Source: Candidatus Dojkabacteria bacterium (lineage in GTDB: Bacteria > Patescibacteriota > Dojkabacteria > JAOAGR01). Taken from it: a stretch of 64,000 bases of DNA. The stretch covers positions 227,996-291,995 of the forward strand of contig AP026679.1 of assembly GCA_025999155.1 (NCBI GenBank). The letters run 5' to 3'. Each line of letters begins with the position of its first letter. Positions within the stretch are counted from its first letter, which is position 1. Of the stretch, positions 1 through 10,818 are shown piece by piece. The notes below the pieces were generated by a model, which saw nothing but the letters and a program-made list of their open reading frames with translations, had not been told where the DNA came from and searched no databases. Position numbers and translations under genes: made by a program.

Positions 1-1028
1 GGACAACCGTTCGCCCAATTACTTTGGGAATGTCCTATTCTCACGAGTTCATAAACACCCCTCCCTGTATCTACAGCTTGCCGCAGTGCATATAAATAAG
101 GATGCTTTCGACTTGCCAGTATATGCTCTAACGAACCACATACACTATTCGTGCCTCCATGGTTTGAACCTGGCGGCCAAACATAAACATCTGAGCCCAA
201 ACCTCCATCTGGAAATAAGTAAGTTCCGTGACATAGATAATACACATTACCATTTCCTGGTTCGCGACTCGCTATCAGTCCACCACTTATCGACTTTGTA
301 TAGTCAAAGGCCAATAAAGCAGCACCGTGAATCAATATGAAAACTCTATTCACGGATACAGCTAATTGGAAACCTCGGGATGCACCATCGTTATTCTTCA
401 AATAAATCGTCTTAGCATCATAGGTGTACCCTCCACTAGTATCAAATTGAAACACCTGGAGTATTATAGCCCGATAACTTCCAAAACCCTCATTACATAT
501 TTTTACTTCAGCGTGGTCATCTCTTCGCCCTTGTCTAACTATGACTACTTTATCATACACGATTACAGCCTTAACGAATGCATTACTCCCCGGATAACAC
601 GAGTCATCTACATAACGAGCGACCTCCAGCCAGCTAAAACCGCCTGATGAATTCCGTCGATACTGTAGAATCCTACCGTATCCAACAGCAGTCACAACTC
701 CATGGATCTCTCCCATTTCCATAAATCCTTCCAGATGATCCGGAGCTCCATATCTAGGATAAGAGCTAGCGTCTAGGACTTGTGAAAAAGAGAGGCTGTG
801 CTCCGTTACCAACAAAGGTGCTATATGAGATCCCGACTGAGCATTGGCGATCTCAGGCATAAATGCCCCCTTGTTATTAAATTTCATACCGTTTGTTTTC
901 TCTTGATTATAAATTTCAAGATAATTATCAAGAGAGGTGTAGCCATGTATCTGGTTCAACACCAGGACGACTACCATCACCAGTAGCACACACACCTTGA
1001 AGAAATTGATTGGACCGACCGTACTCAT
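1..1028 (-). CDS. Partial secreted/membrane-anchored hypothetical protein (runs off the window edge; not in the ORF track)
   Basis: Manual translation from ATG 1028 is open for 342 codons to the edge: MSTVGPINFFKVCVLLVMVVVLVLNQIHG... It has an N-terminal hydrophobic segment and a Gly/aromatic/Cys-rich body. Confidence 0.8.
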   Translation of the reverse strand, partial: MSTVGPINFFKVCVLLVMVVVLVLNQIHGYTSLDNYLEIYNQEKTNGMKFNNKGAFMPEIANAQSGSHIAPLLVTEHSLSFSQVLDASSYPRYGAPDHLEGFMEMGEIHGVVTAVGYGRILQYRRNSSGGFSWLEVARYVDDSCYPGSNAFVKAVIVYDKVVIVRQGRRDDHAEVKICNEGFGSYRAIILQVFQFDTSGGYTYDAKTIYLKNNDGASRGFQLAVSVNRVFILIHGAALLAFDYTKSISGGLIASREPGNGNVYYLCHGTYLFPDGGLGSDVYVWPPGSNHGGTNSVCGSLEHILASRKHPYLYALRQAVDTGRGVYELVRIGHSQSNWANGC

Positions 1029-1096
1029 ATCGCTCGATGTTTTTATAATATAATGTCAGTATCCAAGTCACCAAAAACAGTACATATTTTGGTCAA

Positions 1097-1513
1097 CTAA
1101 TCACGAAAGCCCTTAAGATACCCTTTGACGTTCTTCACAAGCAATTCATTAGATAAAGACACCTTGACCAAATAGCCCTCTGCCCCGTAATACAAAGCAT
1201 CTTTGATATTATTTGCAATAGAAATATTCGTTAACATGACAACAATGGGATTGTGATACTTCTCTTTATCTGACTTGATCGTTTTTAGAACCTCAATACC
1301 ATCCGGCCCATCATTCATCATTATATCAAGTAGGATAAGATCATATTTACGCTCTGTAGCTTTCAACAAAGCTTCATTCCCATTGCTGGCAGTATCAACA
1401 TCAAAACCAGCATCACGCAGTACCTCCGAGAAAATCTCCAAAATCATTGGCTCATCATCAACTAACAAAATAACTTGTTGTACTGTTTCTTTTGTTTCTT
1501 TTTCGATTTCCAT
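1097..1513 (-). CDS. Single-domain response regulator (REC, CheY-like)
   Basis: ILLVDDE, DLILLDIMM (phosphoacceptor Asp), MLTN, GAEGYLVK motifs. Confidence 0.92.
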   Translation of the reverse strand: MEIEKETKETVQQVILLVDDEPMILEIFSEVLRDAGFDVDTASNGNEALLKATERKYDLILLDIMMNDGPDGIEVLKTIKSDKEKYHNPIVVMLTNISIANNIKDALYYGAEGYLVKVSLSNELLVKNVKGYLKGFRD

Positions 1514-1595
1514 TTTCTTAATATGTTACAAATATGACACAAAATAACAAGATTAGCAAAAAAAGTAAACGGTTTTGCATATTAAATCGATCAAG

Positions 1596-2450
1596 CTATT
1601 GGTTAGTCTCCAAATAGGCATAGTCTAAAAGACTTGACATGCCTAGTATAGTTTGTCCAGCTCCACGCTCGAAAGCCACAATAGCATCACTACCCAAAAC
1701 ATTATCTTGCGTTAGACCACCAATTCCAGTCACTATAAATTCATACTTCTGAGTACTAGCTACTAATTGCCCTTGAGAACCATAGACCTGCAACCTAACA
1801 CCGACATTTCCGCTAGTTTGATTCAAAAGTCTAGCTCTCACATATAGAGTATTATTTCTTTGTTGGGTAGTACTACCGCCTACATTATTAGGAACCGCAG
1901 AAAAAGACACTAATTGCTCATTATTATTACAATTAGAAACCAAACCTTTTTCAACTTTTGCTTTGCCATCCTCTGTATAAACTCGCGTAACAAGAACTTG
2001 AACATTAGAAGAACATTGCACTCCTACGGACCGGGTCGGCACACCACTCATCAGATTTTGACTTAATTGCAGTACAACAGATGGATAATTTTCAGACAAA
2101 GTGACCGAAGGATCTCGGGACAACCTTGCAAAAACCCTTGTACTAGCAGCATCGATACCTAAACAACCTAGTTCAACAAAATCGCTATTAAGAGGCGATA
2201 ATGTGTTTAAACAATTCATAACATTTGTATTATTTGGATCCGTAACAATAGAGATTATCTGATTTGCTTTATTTTCTGCCTCTGCTACTGCCCTCTCAAA
2301 TTGTGCCATACGTTGGACATTTACCTGAGTCAATAAAATCCTGTCAGCCATACTAACCATAATCAATAAAGACAAAGTACTTATAACAACAACCATTAAT
2401 AAAGATTGGCCTCTTTTTTTGTTATTTAATTGTTCCAACAATTTACTCAT
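1596..2450 (-). CDS. Minor pilin-like protein (PilX/GspK-type, no Glu+5)
   Basis: KKRG/QSLLMVVVISTLSLLIMVSM class III signal-like N-terminus; last gene of the pilin cluster. Confidence 0.65.
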   Translation of the reverse strand: MSKLLEQLNNKKRGQSLLMVVVISTLSLLIMVSMADRILLTQVNVQRMAQFERAVAEAENKANQIISIVTDPNNTNVMNCLNTLSPLNSDFVELGCLGIDAASTRVFARLSRDPSVTLSENYPSVVLQLSQNLMSGVPTRSVGVQCSSNVQVLVTRVYTEDGKAKVEKGLVSNCNNNEQLVSFSAVPNNVGGSTTQQRNNTLYVRARLLNQTSGNVGVRLQVYGSQGQLVASTQKYEFIVTGIGGLTQDNVLGSDAIVAFERGAGQTILGMSSLLDYAYLETNQ

Positions 2451-2458
2451 ATCTTATA

Positions 2459-3103
2459 TTAAATAGTACGAGTTGAAATAGCAAAAATGTATCTAAATGG
2501 CTTTGCTGGACTACCATTCGGACTGCTACATGTAAAAATCTTATTCACAACGTCATCAGCATCACAAGCTTCAAATAAAATATATATGACCGAGTTTTCT
2601 CCCTTTTGATCTTGTGATATACGTGCATCCAAATTTTGTACTTTTATATTTTGACTCACCAAGTACTGTGGATTAGAAGATGTATTGAGAACACACTGAT
2701 TTTGTGTTTGTTCTGGATTTCCTTGTAATCGAGCTAGTACTAACCTAGATTGGTTATCAATATGTATGGCAGAAGCTATAGGTGTCGGATTATTACCTCC
2801 ATCCCTTCTCACAATATATATACCCTGCGTAAGAATATTGGGACCCGAATAAGGATTGTTGTTTGAATTACATAAACCAACTTTTAGAGCATTACGTATA
2901 TCATTTCTGATTACACTAACAGCAGACTCTACTTCAACCAAGAAATCATTCCTTCTATCTAAAAAGTGAGCTAGACTAGCTAAGTTTACAACAGTACCAC
3001 TCATAACCACGGCTACAATACCAAACACCCCCAAAGATATAACTAATTCAATTAAAGACAAACCTTTTTTTGACTTTTTTCTACATTGATTTACTACACA
3101 CAT
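2459..3103 (-). CDS. Prepilin-type N-terminal cleavage/methylation protein (PilW-like minor pilin)
   Basis: KKG/LSLIELVISLGVFGIV motif. Confidence 0.85.
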   Translation of the reverse strand: MCVVNQCRKKSKKGLSLIELVISLGVFGIVAVVMSGTVVNLASLAHFLDRRNDFLVEVESAVSVIRNDIRNALKVGLCNSNNNPYSGPNILTQGIYIVRRDGGNNPTPIASAIHIDNQSRLVLARLQGNPEQTQNQCVLNTSSNPQYLVSQNIKVQNLDARISQDQKGENSVIYILFEACDADDVVNKIFTCSSPNGSPAKPFRYIFAISTRTI

Positions 3104-3762
3104 ACTGTACTTTTTACCATTTTTACGATTACTGGAGTCGAGTACTGTATTTCTGAAATATTTGGTACTCGATAACTTATTAATACGGTAAAGACCAAAA
3201 TATCTGCTCCCAATAGATTATTACGCTCGGCAGTCAACTGAATTGATAGCCCTAGGTCACTGTTTGTGTCGATAGCGAAGGCTCCCATACGATTCGCTTG
3301 AGGCACCGGATCAAAACGGAAATCTCCCCAAGGTGTATTACGAGGAGTCCCAGACGACGAAATAGATAAATTTATATTGAACGAAGGTGCATTATTGCTG
3401 CCAGAAGTAAATGTTGGTAATTGAGTTGATAAATAGACTGGGTTTGATGCCGATCCAGTAGGCACTACGCTGCAAATAGTATTCCAAACATCCCGACTCG
3501 CAAGAGTAGGAGGGTACGAATTTGGATCCCCACCTAGGACAATCCTTGATTTTGTAGTCTGTAAATCGATCTCTACTAATCGCAATTGTTCGACAATTAA
3601 ATTAGTCAATTGCATAGCGGAATCTGACATAAAATTTTTTTGAGATCTAGCAACTAGACGAGTTGTAAATACGGCAGATGTAGTTAAAGCAATAGCACTA
3701 ATTCCTATAGCTAGAACAACTTCAACGAGACTCAAGGCCTTTTTTTTAAGTAAACAGACCAT
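3094..3762 (-). CDS. Prepilin-type protein (PilV-like minor pilin)
   Basis: KKA/LSLVEVVLAIGISAIAL motif; start moved to ATG 3762 (MVCLLKKK) to avoid overlap with the upstream gene. Confidence 0.8.
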   Translation of the reverse strand: MVCLLKKKALSLVEVVLAIGISAIALTTSAVFTTRLVARSQKNFMSDSAMQLTNLIVEQLRLVEIDLQTTKSRIVLGGDPNSYPPTLASRDVWNTICSVVPTGSASNPVYLSTQLPTFTSGSNNAPSFNINLSISSSGTPRNTPWGDFRFDPVPQANRMGAFAIDTNSDLGLSIQLTAERNNLLGADILVFTVLISYRVPNISEIQYSTPVIVKMVKSTVCV

Positions 3763-3808
3763 TTGATTAAATAAAACTAATATACTAATTCGTAGACAAT
3801 TATCAAGT

Positions 3809-4597
3809 TTATCTTGGACAATATGTGCCACATATACTCACAGATCCGTTAATTCGTGATACCCTTAATGCACGGTATTGATTGACTACACCAACGCTCT
3901 GTATAATTAATTGACAGTCTTGATTTCGAGACAAAACAGGCTTTGCATAACCAGTGGCAAAGAAGATCGCACCTCCCGAAGAATTATAAAAACAAGATTC
4001 AGCAGGATTTGTTATACTAGCCTCAAGACCTGAAGGTTCTATAAACTGTATACTTTTGATATCGGTCACAAAATAGTCATTCGGCACAGTACTAGTTGCA
4101 CATAATACATCAACTCGTATATTCCCGCTAAGCAAAAAACCGTTTTGCCCCTGTAATGGTACATTACCTACCAAAAAAACATTGCTGTTACAATAAGGTA
4201 AAACTCCAGTGGAAACTGAATTCTGCAGCCGTGTCACGAATTGATCAATATCATGCCTTAGATTCTTGAGATCATATGAATTGGGACTCAGAAAATATAT
4301 CGATCTTCTAACAATTCTAATTGTACGTGGATCTTCATTTCTAAACTCAATTAACCAGCCTAAACTAATTTGATTATTATTTGCCATAGTATTAGACGAA
4401 CCTGCGAGAAAACTTGTTCTGGATGTAGTCTGTGTTGTCTGTATAAGTTTCTTTATATCTCGTATAGCATTATCAGTTTTCACTATCGCTTGTAAGTTTA
4501 ATATACCAGAACCTATGGCTACTGAGGTAAAAGCAACTATAGACATGACTACGATTAGCTCAATTAGTGTAAAACCTTTGTTTATAATCCTGTGCAT
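3809..4597 (-). CDS. Prepilin-type protein (FimT/GspH-like minor pilin)
   Basis: NKG/FTLIELIVVMSIVAF motif; C-terminal Cys residues. Confidence 0.85.
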   Translation of the reverse strand: MHRIINKGFTLIELIVVMSIVAFTSVAIGSGILNLQAIVKTDNAIRDIKKLIQTTQTTSRTSFLAGSSNTMANNNQISLGWLIEFRNEDPRTIRIVRRSIYFLSPNSYDLKNLRHDIDQFVTRLQNSVSTGVLPYCNSNVFLVGNVPLQGQNGFLLSGNIRVDVLCATSTVPNDYFVTDIKSIQFIEPSGLEASITNPAESCFYNSSGGAIFFATGYAKPVLSRNQDCQLIIQSVGVVNQYRALRVSRINGSVSICGTYCPR

Positions 4598-4609
4598 TGC
4601 TTTTATATA

Positions 4610-5053
4610 TTAGTAATCGTTTATATACTTTACACTAGTTATCTCCACGGTTTTTCTCGCATTCTCTATAATAGCATTAACCTCATTGCGAATATCATCC
4701 TGATTTTTATTTGTCTTAATATATACCACAATATCACCACTGACATAAGGAGTTGCAAATTCTATAGCAAAACGTCCGTCGGGATCTCGATACGGAATAC
4801 GCACCGAACTGTAGTTTTCGATTAAAGTGTTGTACTCTTCAATATCTTTTTGTCTTTGAATTTGAGGATCATATAATGGTCTACTTAATCTAGTCGTTGA
4901 AAAGGGAAACCAAACAAATGAGTTAAATAATGCAAAAAATGTGAAAATCATTAACAATACACCAAAACCAATACTAATCCACTTCAATTTACTGTCTGCT
5001 TTTTCACGAGCTCGAATAGCGAATTCATAATCAGGTCTCTGTATAGATTTCAC
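4610..5053 (-). CDS. Hypothetical single-pass membrane protein
   Basis: 147-aa ORF with one TM helix, co-oriented upstream of the pilin cluster. Confidence 0.75.
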   Translation of the reverse strand: MKSIQRPDYEFAIRAREKADSKLKWISIGFGVLLMIFTFFALFNSFVWFPFSTTRLSRPLYDPQIQRQKDIEEYNTLIENYSSVRIPYRDPDGRFAIEFATPYVSGDIVVYIKTNKNQDDIRNEVNAIIENARKTVEITSVKYINDY

Positions 5054-5377
5054 ATGACAGTATATTACAAAATTAAAAAAACTATAAACTGCGCTAATTA
5101 TAATCTCGCAAAGTTTTAAAGTAACGCTCCATCAATCAATAAATGTTCGTGATGGTGATCATGGACATTTTTAAAGTACTAGACAAAAATAGTATCACCC
5201 TTTTATCTGGTCGCACTAATGACAAAAAAGACAACATTCTTTGGTATGCTAATCTACAAAAATTTCAGTTAAAATATCTTTTGTAAATTTACAAAAAACA
5301 TTATCTAAAGAAATAAAAAACTATATCAAAAAATACGAGTAAAAATTATAGCGATCGTTTATAATAATAAATGTAGT

Positions 5378-5454
5378 CGGGGCATAGCTTAGTTGGCTAA
5401 AGCGCAAGTCTCGGGGTCTTGAGATCGGCAGTTCGAGTCTGCCTGCCCCGACCA
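5378..5454 (+). tRNA. tRNA-Pro (CGG)
   Basis: Cloverleaf CGGGGCA...TGCCCCG-ACCA; anticodon loop CT-CGG-GG; T-loop GTTCGAG. Confidence 0.95.
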
Positions 5455-5507
5455 TCATTACGAAAAATAGAAAAATAACTGTTTTAGCATTATAATGACA
5501 TACAAAT

Positions 5508-5584
5508 CGGGGTATAGCTTAGTTGGCTAAAGCGCAAGGCTGGGGGTCTTGAGATCGACAGTTCAAGTCTGTCTACCCCGACCA
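5508..5584 (+). tRNA. tRNA-Pro (GGG)
   Basis: Cloverleaf CGGGGTA...TACCCCG-ACCA; anticodon loop CT-GGG-GG. Confidence 0.95.
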
Positions 5585-5607
5585 TTTATAATTTTTTAAA
5601 ACACTAA

Positions 5608-5979
5608 ATGGAATTAGATACTAAAATAAAAGATTTTGCGTCATACATACTATCTCTTGCAGAATTCACACGTTACAAGAAAGCTCGAGAAGCTTTACAA
5701 AAAGATCCTGAGGCTTTGAATTTATTACAAGAATTTGACAATCTACAGCATCTCATAGCTCACTCTGAAGAAAAGGGTATCGAAATATCAGACAGTGAAA
5801 AAATTGAGATTGAAAATAAACTCAAGAAAATCTTAGATAATCAAACCTGCCTAGAATTCATTATGTCAGAAAATGCTGCTATAGCACTCACAAAACGTAT
5901 AGCAAAAAAACTTTCTGATTCAATCGGATTTACTTTGTCTACAGGGGGTTGTTGTGGTGGTGGATGTTGTAGTCATTAA
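5608..5979 (+). CDS. YlbF/YmcA (Com_YlbF) family regulator
   Basis: Helical pattern EFTRYKKAREALQKDPEALNLLQEF...FIMSE; Cys-rich tail GGCCGGGCCSH. Confidence 0.75.
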   Translation: MELDTKIKDFASYILSLAEFTRYKKAREALQKDPEALNLLQEFDNLQHLIAHSEEKGIEISDSEKIEIENKLKKILDNQTCLEFIMSENAAIALTKRIAKKLSDSIGFTLSTGGCCGGGCCSH

Positions 5980-6037
5980 TACAGATATTTGTGAATACAA
6001 GCTTTTCTTACTTTTTAATAGATAAATTTAACTTTAA

Positions 6038-6892
6038 TTAAAAGTAATTAACTTTAGTGTTCCCACTCTCCATACATAAAGTGAGATATTTACTTTCTAT
6101 ATTATATTCCAAAGGAATAAGATAATCTTCAAAAACCACCTTATTACAAGCTTCTACACGAATAAACATATATGATTCGCTGCCAAGATTGATAGCCATA
6201 GCATTAGTTTTATTTTCAGTGCCATTGTAGAAGTAAATTACAGAGGATGGATCGTCTGATAACAAAGTCTCTGATTTATCAACGTAAATCTCAGGAAATT
6301 TATCGTAATAAAACTCATACTCTTCAATATTATCCACTAAAAGCTTAAATATAAGTTCACGATCCCGATCTCTACCTTCTACAGTCGATTTTGAAGTGAA
6401 TCTGATATTCAAGTTTTTATCTCTTTCAAGAGCATTGTTACTTTCAGCTTTGTTACTTTGAGCGGAATCATTTGATTTACTTGCCGTATCCTGGGTAGTA
6501 GTAGAAGTAGTAATGACGGGAGTAAGTGATGGTGTGACAGGAGTACTTGAAATTATTTCTTGCGAGAATCTTGACACAGTAGGAGTAGGAGAGAATGCGG
6601 CAATGTTACTACCAATACTCCTACTATTGTAGACTACATTTTCCGGTAAAAAATCATTATTTAAACGTACTTTATATTGATAAATCCCAAGCACATTGTT
6701 ATCAGAAATTTCATTTAAAAGTGACGAATCAACATGATTATGTCTAAACAAACCAATAAAATCAAAAACTAATAACAAACAACACATTGAAAACAACAGA
6801 ATTGTAGTTGCCTCACTATTAAGAATTCCATGTAAATATTTAAAAATATTGGCTTTTATTTTATTAAGCATGCTTAAGTTAAATTTACACAC
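6038..6892 (-). CDS. Hypothetical membrane-anchored protein with Ser/Thr/Pro-rich linker
   Basis: N-terminal TM segment, SPTPT...TTSTTT linker, globular C-terminus. Confidence 0.7.
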   Translation of the reverse strand: MCKFNLSMLNKIKANIFKYLHGILNSEATTILLFSMCCLLLVFDFIGLFRHNHVDSSLLNEISDNNVLGIYQYKVRLNNDFLPENVVYNSRSIGSNIAAFSPTPTVSRFSQEIISSTPVTPSLTPVITTSTTTQDTASKSNDSAQSNKAESNNALERDKNLNIRFTSKSTVEGRDRDRELIFKLLVDNIEEYEFYYDKFPEIYVDKSETLLSDDPSSVIYFYNGTENKTNAMAINLGSESYMFIRVEACNKVVFEDYLIPLEYNIESKYLTLCMESGNTKVNYF

Positions 6893-6904
6893 AACTTGTA
6901 AATT

Positions 6905-9544
6905 TTAAAAAATCGTACAAGCCACAACTTTATCATCCTCATCTAATCTAAAAACAATCACACCACTCGTAACTCTGCTTGACATTCTAATATCTTCTAA
7001 AGCAACCCGAATAGATTGGCCTTTATATGACATTAGTAAAAGCTCTTTTTTAGGATGGTCTATTACTCGAGCAACAGCAATTTTCCCAGTTTTAGAAGCT
7101 ATTTTATACCCCAACATCCCTTTTGTACCACGACCTTTGAGGGGAAACTCAGTCAAAGAAGTCATCTTCCCAAAACCCCTCTCAGAAACCACAAGTATTC
7201 TATCCTCTTTCTCTCGTATAACATCCATCATTACCACATTATCATCCTTCTCAAGTTTAATCCCTCTTACACCTTTTGATGATCTTCCTGTAGGAGATAC
7301 CGAAGTTTCTTTAAATCTTACCGTACGTGCATTTTCTGTCATTATGACGATTTCAGCATCACCATGTGTTGTTCTAACAAATATTAACTCATCACCACTT
7401 TCTAAATTGATTGCGATAAGACCGTTTCGGCGTATGTCTTTAAACTCCTCAATAGGTACTTTTTTAACAAGACCTTTTTTCGTAGCCATAAATAGGTATT
7501 TACTTGCTACAAAATCTTGACCAACCACAACTTCTCCTTCTTGGATCTGATCTTCATCCGCAACCTCATAAACCTCTCCAAAAGACCTAGATAAGACAGA
7601 AGTAATAATTTCACCTGGTTCTATGGAAATTAAATTGACCAGAGGCACACCTTTAGATTTTTTTTGATGTTCGGGAATATCAAAAGCTCGTAAAGCATAG
7701 ACCTTTCCTTTGTTTGAAAATAAAAGCAGCTCAGAATGCGTATCGCAATATACAAGATGTTCGACATAATCACCTTCCTTTGTAACCGTAGCTAACGATC
7801 CTTTACCACCTCTTGATTGAGCACGAAATTCATTCTCCTTAAGACGTTTTACATAGCCATATCTGGAAATTAAAATTAATACATTTTCTTTTTCGACAAG
7901 ATCCTCCGCGCTAAATTCTCCTGGATTAGACTTAATAATACGAGTTCTTCTTGGATCACTAAACTTTTCTTTTACCTCTAATAAATCTTTAACTATTAAA
8001 TCTTCAATTTTTGCTTGAGAATCTAATAAAGTTTTGAGATCATCTATTTTCTGAGAAACATCCGCATACTCTTCTTCTACCTTATACCTCTCCAAAGCAG
8101 CCAGTTTTCGCAATTGCATATCAAGAATAGCTTGCGCTTGTACATCAGAAAATCCAAATCTTGTAATCAAAGATTGCTTAGCATCGTCAGCGCTCTTTGA
8201 TGATCGAATTATACTAATTATCTCATCAATATGATCTAAAGCTACTTTTAAACCCTCCAAAATATGTATTCTTTGGATATACTGGTTCAAATCAAAAATA
8301 GCAGTGCGAATGATAATTTCATAACGATGTCGAATGAATTGTTCTAGAATTTCTCTCAATGACAAAGTCCTGGGCTCCTGATCTACTATAGCGACCATAT
8401 TGTAATTAAATGCACTCTGCATTTCTGTGTATTTGTACAATTTATTTAGCACTACTTGGGGAACAACACCTTTTTTCAGTTCAACAACTAATCTAATACC
8501 TTCTTTTGATGTACTTTCATCTCTAATGTCAGCAATACCATCAATTTTCCCATCTTTATAAAGTCCAAAAATTCTCTCAGCTAATTTCGCTTTGTTTACT
8601 TGATAAGGTAATTCTGTGATGACTATTTGTGTACGTCCCTTACCTAAATCCTCAATTTCTGCAACACCACGCATTAAGACACGGCCTCGGCCAGTTTCAT
8701 ACGCCGTCTTCAAATCATTAACGTTGTATACTTCTGCCCCAGTAGGAAAATCCGGCCCTTTTATGAATCTCATTAATTCATCACTAGAAACATCAGATTC
8801 AAAGTTAGGATAATGTATGTCACGTGTTGTAATGTCATAATCTACTGCATCATAATAATCTTTTGCGGCATGCTGAGAGTAATTGAATTGTAGACCTTTA
8901 GCCTTATTTCCTGATTTGATCATATACACAATGGCATCTATGACCTCGGATAGATTATGGGGGGGAATTTTGGTAGCTAGACCAACAGCAATACCATCAG
9001 CACCATTGATTATTAAGTTTGGGACGGCTACAGGCAATACTGTAGGCTCTAAATATTCACCAGTATAGTTTGGCCGGTAATCAATAGACTTCTTTTCAAT
9101 GTTTTCTAAAAATTTTGTTGTAATCTTAGCAAGTCTACATTCTGTATACCTTGGCGCTGCAGGACTATCTCCGTCAATAGATCCAAAATTTCCTTGTCCA
9201 TCAATTAAAAGGTAACGCATGACCCAGTCTTGGCCCATACGTACCAAAGCATCATATACAGCAGCATCACCGTGCGGATGATATTTTTTGAGTACTTCAC
9301 CTACAACACCCATGCATTTGGAATATTTGCCATCTGGCAAAATACCCTCTTTATACATGGCATACAAAATTCTTCTTTGGACTGGTTTGAGACCATCACG
9401 TACATCTGGAAGCGCCCTAGCAACAACAACACTCATTGCATAGTCGATATATGAGCGCTTCATTTCTTCCTCAATAGAAACATTTTTAACGATGCCAGCT
9501 ATAACGTTTTTTGTAAGATTATTTGTATCAGTCGGATTCTGCAT
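6905..9544 (-). CDS. gyrA: DNA gyrase subunit A
   Basis: [22 protein letters not shown], catalytic RYTE, GyrA-box QSRGGKG, C-terminal pinwheel repeats. Confidence 0.98.
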   Translation of the reverse strand: MQNPTDTNNLTKNVIAGIVKNVSIEEEMKRSYIDYAMSVVVARALPDVRDGLKPVQRRILYAMYKEGILPDGKYSKCMGVVGEVLKKYHPHGDAAVYDALVRMGQDWVMRYLLIDGQGNFGSIDGDSPAAPRYTECRLAKITTKFLENIEKKSIDYRPNYTGEYLEPTVLPVAVPNLIINGADGIAVGLATKIPPHNLSEVIDAIVYMIKSGNKAKGLQFNYSQHAAKDYYDAVDYDITTRDIHYPNFESDVSSDELMRFIKGPDFPTGAEVYNVNDLKTAYETGRGRVLMRGVAEIEDLGKGRTQIVITELPYQVNKAKLAERIFGLYKDGKIDGIADIRDESTSKEGIRLVVELKKGVVPQVVLNKLYKYTEMQSAFNYNMVAIVDQEPRTLSLREILEQFIRHRYEIIIRTAIFDLNQYIQRIHILEGLKVALDHIDEIISIIRSSKSADDAKQSLITRFGFSDVQAQAILDMQLRKLAALERYKVEEEYADVSQKIDDLKTLLDSQAKIEDLIVKDLLEVKEKFSDPRRTRIIKSNPGEFSAEDLVEKENVLILISRYGYVKRLKENEFRAQSRGGKGSLATVTKEGDYVEHLVYCDTHSELLLFSNKGKVYALRAFDIPEHQKKSKGVPLVNLISIEPGEIITSVLSRSFGEVYEVADEDQIQEGEVVVGQDFVASKYLFMATKKGLVKKVPIEEFKDIRRNGLIAINLESGDELIFVRTTHGDAEIVIMTENARTVRFKETSVSPTGRSSKGVRGIKLEKDDNVVMMDVIREKEDRILVVSERGFGKMTSLTEFPLKGRGTKGMLGYKIASKTGKIAVARVIDHPKKELLLMSYKGQSIRVALEDIRMSSRVTSGVIVFRLDEDDKVVACTIF

Positions 9545-9614
9545 GAGATAATTGCTTTACTACAAAATCCCTACATTATAGACAAAAAACTATAAAAAGT
9601 GTATTTACAAAAGG

Positions 9615-10178
9615 CTAAACTTCAGGATATTTACCGCCATGTTTTAAAGCATACTCATCCAATTCTCTCGCTGTCATTATTAACTTAGGATCAATTACAC
9701 GATCTAGAAATATAATACCTTCGAAATGATCCAATTCGTGTAAAATAACATGACTCAAATATCCATTCGCATTTAATATCTGTTCATTACCAGCCAAGTC
9801 GTAGTATCGAATTTGGCAAGATTTTGATCGAGATACAGGACCAAATAAGCTATTTTCTCCCTTACCGACGGAAGCACAGCCTTCCCATTCAGTACTTAAC
9901 TCCTTTGATGCATAAACTAATTTTGGGTTAATTACTTCCATGTATTGCTTTTTACGCAAATCATAATAAACAAAAAGTCTAATATTTAGCCCTAATTGAG
10001 GAGCTGATAATCCAACTAAAGTAATGCCACCCTTCGAATGTTTCTTCGCAAGGTTTTTTAGAGAATCTATAATCAAGAGTAAATCCGGCTCATTTTTCCG
10101 CACATCTCTAGATTTTGCAGACAATTTCGGATCGGGGTATTGTAAAATTGTTAAGTATTTGAAATTTACATTCTTCAT
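9615..10178 (-). CDS. def: Peptide deformylase
   Basis: GLSAPQLG, EGCAS, HELDH motifs. Confidence 0.96.
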   Translation of the reverse strand: MKNVNFKYLTILQYPDPKLSAKSRDVRKNEPDLLLIIDSLKNLAKKHSKGGITLVGLSAPQLGLNIRLFVYYDLRKKQYMEVINPKLVYASKELSTEWEGCASVGKGENSLFGPVSRSKSCQIRYYDLAGNEQILNANGYLSHVILHELDHFEGIIFLDRVIDPKLIMTARELDEYALKHGGKYPEV

Positions 10179-10395
10179 TGGATTTAGTTTACGTATAAAT
10201 TCAATGTTTGGGTGTTTTAAATTTATTTTGTTTTTTCTTTAATTAATTAATGATTCAAAAATACAGCAGCCATTACATTGAATAGATTGATTAATTTTAC
10301 ACTATACCGATCAAAGCCGTAAGGAACATTATACTATCCAGAAATCATTACCGCTGTATCTCTCCCAGACAAAAAAGGGCAAACCGTATACCATG

Positions 10396-10631
10396 ATAGA
10401 GGCAGAAACTCTGCTCCAAGAGCAACTCTCAGTACATCGAAATAATAACTAATTCGCATACTCGGCTGTCACACAAAGGTTATACCTACAGTCAAGGGAT
10501 GTTTTCGTCTTGGTGGGGAGTCTTACGATTCAGTTTACTCCTAAGTTAACCCAATCAAACGACTTATGAGAATGCCTCTACAAAAAACCAGAACATTCCT
10601 TAAACACAGCGCCTGGACGAATCTGTAGATT
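10396..10631. repeat. Non-coding direct repeat, copy 1 (partner 11653-11887)
   Basis: Identical to copy 2 over 10396-10613 except one A in a poly-A run; a few mismatches after that. Confidence 0.95.
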
Positions 10632-10818
10632 AACATATACGGCCTCCAAACTATGATTATTATTTTATTGAAAAATCTTAGTCGTTAGAAATTTTGTGCA
10701 TAATTTAACCAATCTTTACAATATCATAAATTCAGCCGTATTCAGGCAATGAAACCTTCCAAAGCCATGCATGCTTGCATTATCATCTATTCTAAATATA
10801 TAATTAATTAGTCCTATA

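Noticed and set aside
86-986. Plus-strand ORFs 86-340, 366-647 and 798-986
   Set aside because: Shadows of the long minus-strand ORF 1028 to edge.
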